Assembly (NCBI GenBank): GCA_035513155.1
Contig: DATKCO010000003.1
Location: 543-64,542 of the forward strand
Length of the DNA: 64,000 bases
Direction: 5' to 3'
From: Gemmatimonadota bacterium
GTDB taxonomy: Bacteria > Gemmatimonadota > Gemmatimonadetes > JACCXV01 > JAHWKZ01
The notes below the pieces were generated by a model that saw only the letters and a list, made by a program, of their open reading frames with translations, was not told the DNA's origin and did no database searches. This document shows, piece after piece, positions 61,464 to 64,000 of the stretch. Both the position numbers and the translations under genes were made by a program. Positions within the stretch are counted from its first letter, which is position 1. Each line of letters opens with the position of its first letter.

Positions 61464-62261
61464 TCACGGCTTCGGCACTCCGTCGCGGGCGGCCCGCCAC
61501 CGGCCCACGATCTCCGCCGCGGCGGAGTAGTAGGCGGCGGCCCCCGCCGACTCGGGATCGACCTCGTACAGGAGACGGCCATCCCGCGCCGCCTCGGCCA
61601 GCGCGACGTTGGTCGGGATCGGGGCCTCGATCAGCAGGCTCCCCCACTCCTCGATCATGCGCGCCAGGCACTCCCGCGCCACCCGCGTCCGCCGGTCGTA
61701 GAGCGTCGCCAGGTAGCCGAGCACGACAAGCCGCGGGTTCAGGTGTCGGCGGACCCGATCGACCAGATCGATCGTCCGGGGGACGCTGGCCAGGGCGAAG
61801 GGATGGGTCTGGACCGGGATCACGACCCCGTCCGCGAGCCGGAACGCGTTCACGGTGTAGAGGGAGAGGGCCGGCGGCACGTCGAGCACGGCGAGCCGGA
61901 ACGGCAGGTCGTCCGACCATGCCTCCCACAACAGGCTCTCGCGGTCGGGCATGGACGCGAGCTCGGACTCCAGGGTCCCCAGGCTCTCGTGGGCGGGCAG
62001 GATCGAGAGGTTCTCGTAGGCGGTCGGCTGGACGGCCGGCGCGATCCCCTTCGAGGGGTCGATCAGCACATCGGTCAGCGTGGTCCGGAGGGCGGCCGGA
62101 TCGAGGCCGAGGTGCCGGGTGGCGGAAGCCTGGGGGTCGAGGTCGACGAGCAGGGTCGGGACGCCGATCTCGGCGAACGCGCCGGCCACGTGGACGGCCG
62201 AGGTCGTCTTCCCCACGCCGCCCTTGGCGTTGGCGAAGACGATCGAGAACGGCCGCGGCAC
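61464..62261 (-). CDS. ParA/MinD-family P-loop ATPase encoded inside the BMC operon (McdA-like by position)
   Basis: Deviant Walker A with signature Lys 'FANAKGGVGKTT'. 'LLVDLDPQASAT'. Walker B 'LAVLDVPPAL'. GTG start 4 nt after the shell gene stop. Confidence 0.9.
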   Translation of the reverse strand: MPRPFSIVFANAKGGVGKTTSAVHVAGAFAEIGVPTLLVDLDPQASATRHLGLDPAALRTTLTDVLIDPSKGIAPAVQPTAYENLSILPAHESLGTLESELASMPDRESLLWEAWSDDLPFRLAVLDVPPALSLYTVNAFRLADGVVIPVQTHPFALASVPRTIDLVDRVRRHLNPRLVVLGYLATLYDRRTRVARECLARMIEEWGSLLIEAPIPTNVALAEAARDGRLLYEVDPESAGAAAYYSAAAEIVGRWRAARDGVPKP

Positions 62262-62264
62262 CGC

Positions 62265-62852
62265 TCACCCGGCCGGGTAGTAGCGGCTCTCGACCTTCTC
62301 GATCACGCCCTCGTCGAGGAGCTCCTTGACGAGGACGATGAGCCGGCGCCACTCCGTGCCGAGCGCCTCGCCGAGCTCGGGGAGCGTGATCCCCTTCGCG
62401 CCGGCGCTCCGGACGGCCCCCAGGCTACGGGCGCGCAGATCGCCGTTGGCCGGCGGCGGCTCCCGCCGGCCGCGGCCTCCCGCGCCACGGGAGGCGTCCC
62501 CGCGGGCGGCTCCCTGCCCTCCGATCCGGCCGCCGAGCGTGTGCCGGACGGGATAGGTGCCGATCCGGCGGTCGCCCGGCAGGACCCCGACCAGGAGGTC
62601 GGTGGCGTCGTGGGGACGGGGGATCACGTGGACGGCCACCAGCTCGCCGACCCGGGCCGCCGCCACCGCGCCGGCGTCGGTGGCCGCCTTGACCGCGGCC
62701 ACGTCCCCCCGCACCAGGATCGTGACGAGTCCCCCCTCGGCGTACTCCCGCTTCTCGATCTCGACGGCGGCCGCCTTCACCATCGCGTCGGCGGCCTCGG
62801 TGGCGCCCACGAAGCCGCGGGTCTCGACCATTCCCAGCGCGCGCCCGGCCAC
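62265..62852 (-). CDS. BMC-H domain shell protein fused to an Arg/Gly-rich linker and a C-terminal winged-helix-like domain (EutK-like architecture)
   Basis: N-terminus '[56 protein letters not shown]...VHVIPRPH'. Linker '[28 protein letters not shown]'. C-terminus '[38 protein letters not shown]'. Confidence 0.85.
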   Translation of the reverse strand: MAGRALGMVETRGFVGATEAADAMVKAAAVEIEKREYAEGGLVTILVRGDVAAVKAATDAGAVAAARVGELVAVHVIPRPHDATDLLVGVLPGDRRIGTYPVRHTLGGRIGGQGAARGDASRGAGGRGRREPPPANGDLRARSLGAVRSAGAKGITLPELGEALGTEWRRLIVLVKELLDEGVIEKVESRYYPAG

Positions 62853-62854
62853 CC

Positions 62855-63508
62855 TCAGTACCTCACCGGCTCACGGGCGACCTCGAGGACCGCCTTCTCG
62901 AACGCCTCGCACGCCGCCCGGCAATCCGCCTCGCTCCCGGTCACGAGGGCGCCGGCCATGTTCGTCGGCGTCGGCGCCGGCATCCACTCCGCCAGGTCGA
63001 CGGCCGCCTGCTTGAGCGCATGGTCGAGCGCCCAGGTCGCCTCGAGGGGGGCGGCCTTCAGGTAGGCGAGCGACTCCCCTGGCTCGATCCCGGCCCGCGC
63101 CGAGAGGTGGGTCCCGGTCCGGGCGACGAGGTGCGCGAAGTACCGCTGGAGCCCCCCGGCGCCGGCGGCCCGGTAGCTCACGCGCGACTCGAGATGAGAG
63201 ATCGCAGCATCAAGTCCCGCAGTGACTTCCGCGATCTTGTCGCTCGCCAGAATCGCGAGGGTCTCGCCGCTGGTCGGCCCCGACGGATGGGCGGCCCCGC
63301 CGTAGAACGAGCGGGCGGAGACGACCTCGACCCCCGCCTTCTTCGTCGCCTCGTCGATGGCGACGTAGGTGCAGTCGTCCTGGTCGACGGTGAGGAAGCC
63401 GACCGCGACCTGGCCCTCGTCGAGCCCCAGCGCCTCGGCCAGGGCGCCGGCCACGTTGGGGATCGTGCGGACCGCGAGCACGCGCGGCGTCAGCGTCGTG
63501 GTGGGCAT
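62855..63508 (-). CDS. BMC-T tandem-domain shell protein (EutL-like, permuted)
   Basis: It is colinear with EutL as recalled: '[25 protein letters not shown]...[17 protein letters not shown]...[46 protein letters not shown]...[24 protein letters not shown]'. Confidence 0.9.
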   Translation of the reverse strand: MPTTTLTPRVLAVRTIPNVAGALAEALGLDEGQVAVGFLTVDQDDCTYVAIDEATKKAGVEVVSARSFYGGAAHPSGPTSGETLAILASDKIAEVTAGLDAAISHLESRVSYRAAGAGGLQRYFAHLVARTGTHLSARAGIEPGESLAYLKAAPLEATWALDHALKQAAVDLAEWMPAPTPTNMAGALVTGSEADCRAACEAFEKAVLEVAREPVRY

Positions 63509-63641
63509 CCGGTCTCGGGAACGGGAGGAGAATCGTCGGGATCGCGGTCAGCGTATTCTACGGACCGGCCCCGGACGCGGTCAAGCGCTCTATATTCCCG
63601 GACGTCCGAGCTCCCCCCTTTCCCGCTTCCCGGAGACCGCG

Positions 63642-64000
63642 ATGCCGCGCCGCCCGGCGCCCCCGAAGCTCCTCCCTACCCTGCTCCCTGTGCTGGCGCT
63701 CGTCTGGGCGTCCGCCGCCTCCGCCCAGCAGGCACCCCGCGCGCGGGACCTGGGGATCCCGTTCGATGGCGAGACCGGCCCGGGGAACGCGATCACCGAC
63801 GTGGCCGGCGTCGAGGTCGGGCACGCCACCCTGATCTCGGGGGCGGGTCCGCGCGTCCGGGGAGAGGGTCCCGTCCGCACCGGGGTGACCGCGGTCTTCC
63901 CTCGCGGCCGGGACGGCCTGGGAGCGGCGGTCTTCGGAGGGTGGCATACTCTGAACGGCAACGGGGAGATGACGGGCACCACGTGGCTCGAGGAGTCCGG
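63642..64000 (+). CDS. DmpA/P1-family (peptidase S58) aminopeptidase, secreted; 3' end cut by window edge
   Basis: Not in the ORF track because it runs off the window. 'MPRRPAPPKLLPTLLPVLALVWASAASAQQ' is a signal peptide. It is followed by 'ARDLGIPFDGETGPGNAITDVAGVEVGHATL...VRTGVTAVFP...LNGNGEMTGTTWLEESG'. Confidence 0.75.
   Translation, partial: MPRRPAPPKLLPTLLPVLALVWASAASAQQAPRARDLGIPFDGETGPGNAITDVAGVEVGHATLISGAGPRVRGEGPVRTGVTAVFPRGRDGLGAAVFGGWHTLNGNGEMTGTTWLEES

Noticed and set aside
60222-63065. 947-aa plus-strand ORF spanning the whole BMC operon region
   Set aside because: It is antisense to six well-supported genes (Pta, ParA, shell proteins). The translation is Arg/Gly/Pro/Ala-rich low-complexity sequence with no motifs. 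This is a typical GC-driven shadow ORF.
63642-64000. DmpA-like peptidase as the missing BMC signature enzyme or cargo
   Set aside because: It has an obvious Sec-type signal peptide ('LLPVLALVWASAASAQQ') and is divergently transcribed, so it is most likely periplasmic or secreted rather than encapsulated. Adjacency alone is insufficient evidence.
1-64000. CRISPR arrays, rRNA genes, IS elements, integrases and prophage genes
   Set aside because: I scanned for regularly spaced repeats, transposase or integrase motifs, and 16S/23S/5S signatures and found none. The tRNA genes have no flanking direct repeats or integrase that would indicate an integrated island.

Overview
This is a very GC-rich bacterial chromosomal segment, judged by eye rather than computed. 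The taxon cannot be fixed from sequence alone. The gene content (CarboxypepD_reg-type TonB receptor, PuuD, DUF1111, BMC genes) hints weakly at a soil Gemmatimonadota- or Acidobacteriota-like organism. I support about 60 protein genes and 2 tRNAs (Pro-CGG, Arg-CCT). I saw no rRNA, CRISPR array, transposase or integrase.

Gene modules in order:
1. CzcCBA-type heavy-metal RND efflux, an MFS transporter and a SixA-like phosphatase (1-7444).
2. A minus-strand gene string of DUF4410 lipoprotein, TLC-type nucleotide transporter, DUF1111 di-haem protein and a large 4Fe-4S/HEAT/cNMP-binding membrane protein (7918-14261).
3. Housekeeping genes: psuG, MFS, trpF, cls, hslR-like and DUF309.
4. A 1.4-kaa adenylate-cyclase/TolB-like/TPR/NB-ARC/TPR signalling protein (19792-23988).
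5. Ferritin and a GroES-like gene.
6. A translationally coupled urate-to-ureidoglycolate operon, allB-alc-uraD-uraH-puuD (25907-30338).
7. A lower-GC two-gene insert, HPF/RaiA-like plus a baeRF/eRF1-like protein (30399-31943).
8. Two molybdenum-hydroxylase systems. One is XDH-like and lies behind a PaaK-like ligase and an ATP-grasp enzyme. The other is a 4-hydroxybenzoyl-CoA-reductase-like CAB set with the extra four-Cys loop. MocA and XdhC maturation genes follow (31956-45225).
9. SIMPL, surE, yqaA-like, a Lys/Ala-rich micro-ORF, tRNA-Pro, a TonB receptor, otsBA, acyP, an M23 peptidase, apt, mobA, tRNA-Arg and a TPR protein.
10. A bacterial microcompartment (metabolosome) operon (58189-63508). 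It encodes an EutL-like BMC-T, a BMC-H fused to an RG-rich linker and a winged-helix domain, a ParA ATPase plus a small partner, Pta, a BMC-H and an acylating aldehyde dehydrogenase with an N-terminal encapsulation-peptide-like helix. It is flanked by an orphan MtdA-like dehydrogenase and a secreted DmpA-like peptidase.

The microcompartment locus is my top candidate for an undescribed system. It has no signature enzyme, no PduL, no alcohol dehydrogenase and no BMC-P in the window, and it has a built-in ParA module.

Many long ORFs in the six-frame track are GC-driven shadow ORFs and were rejected.
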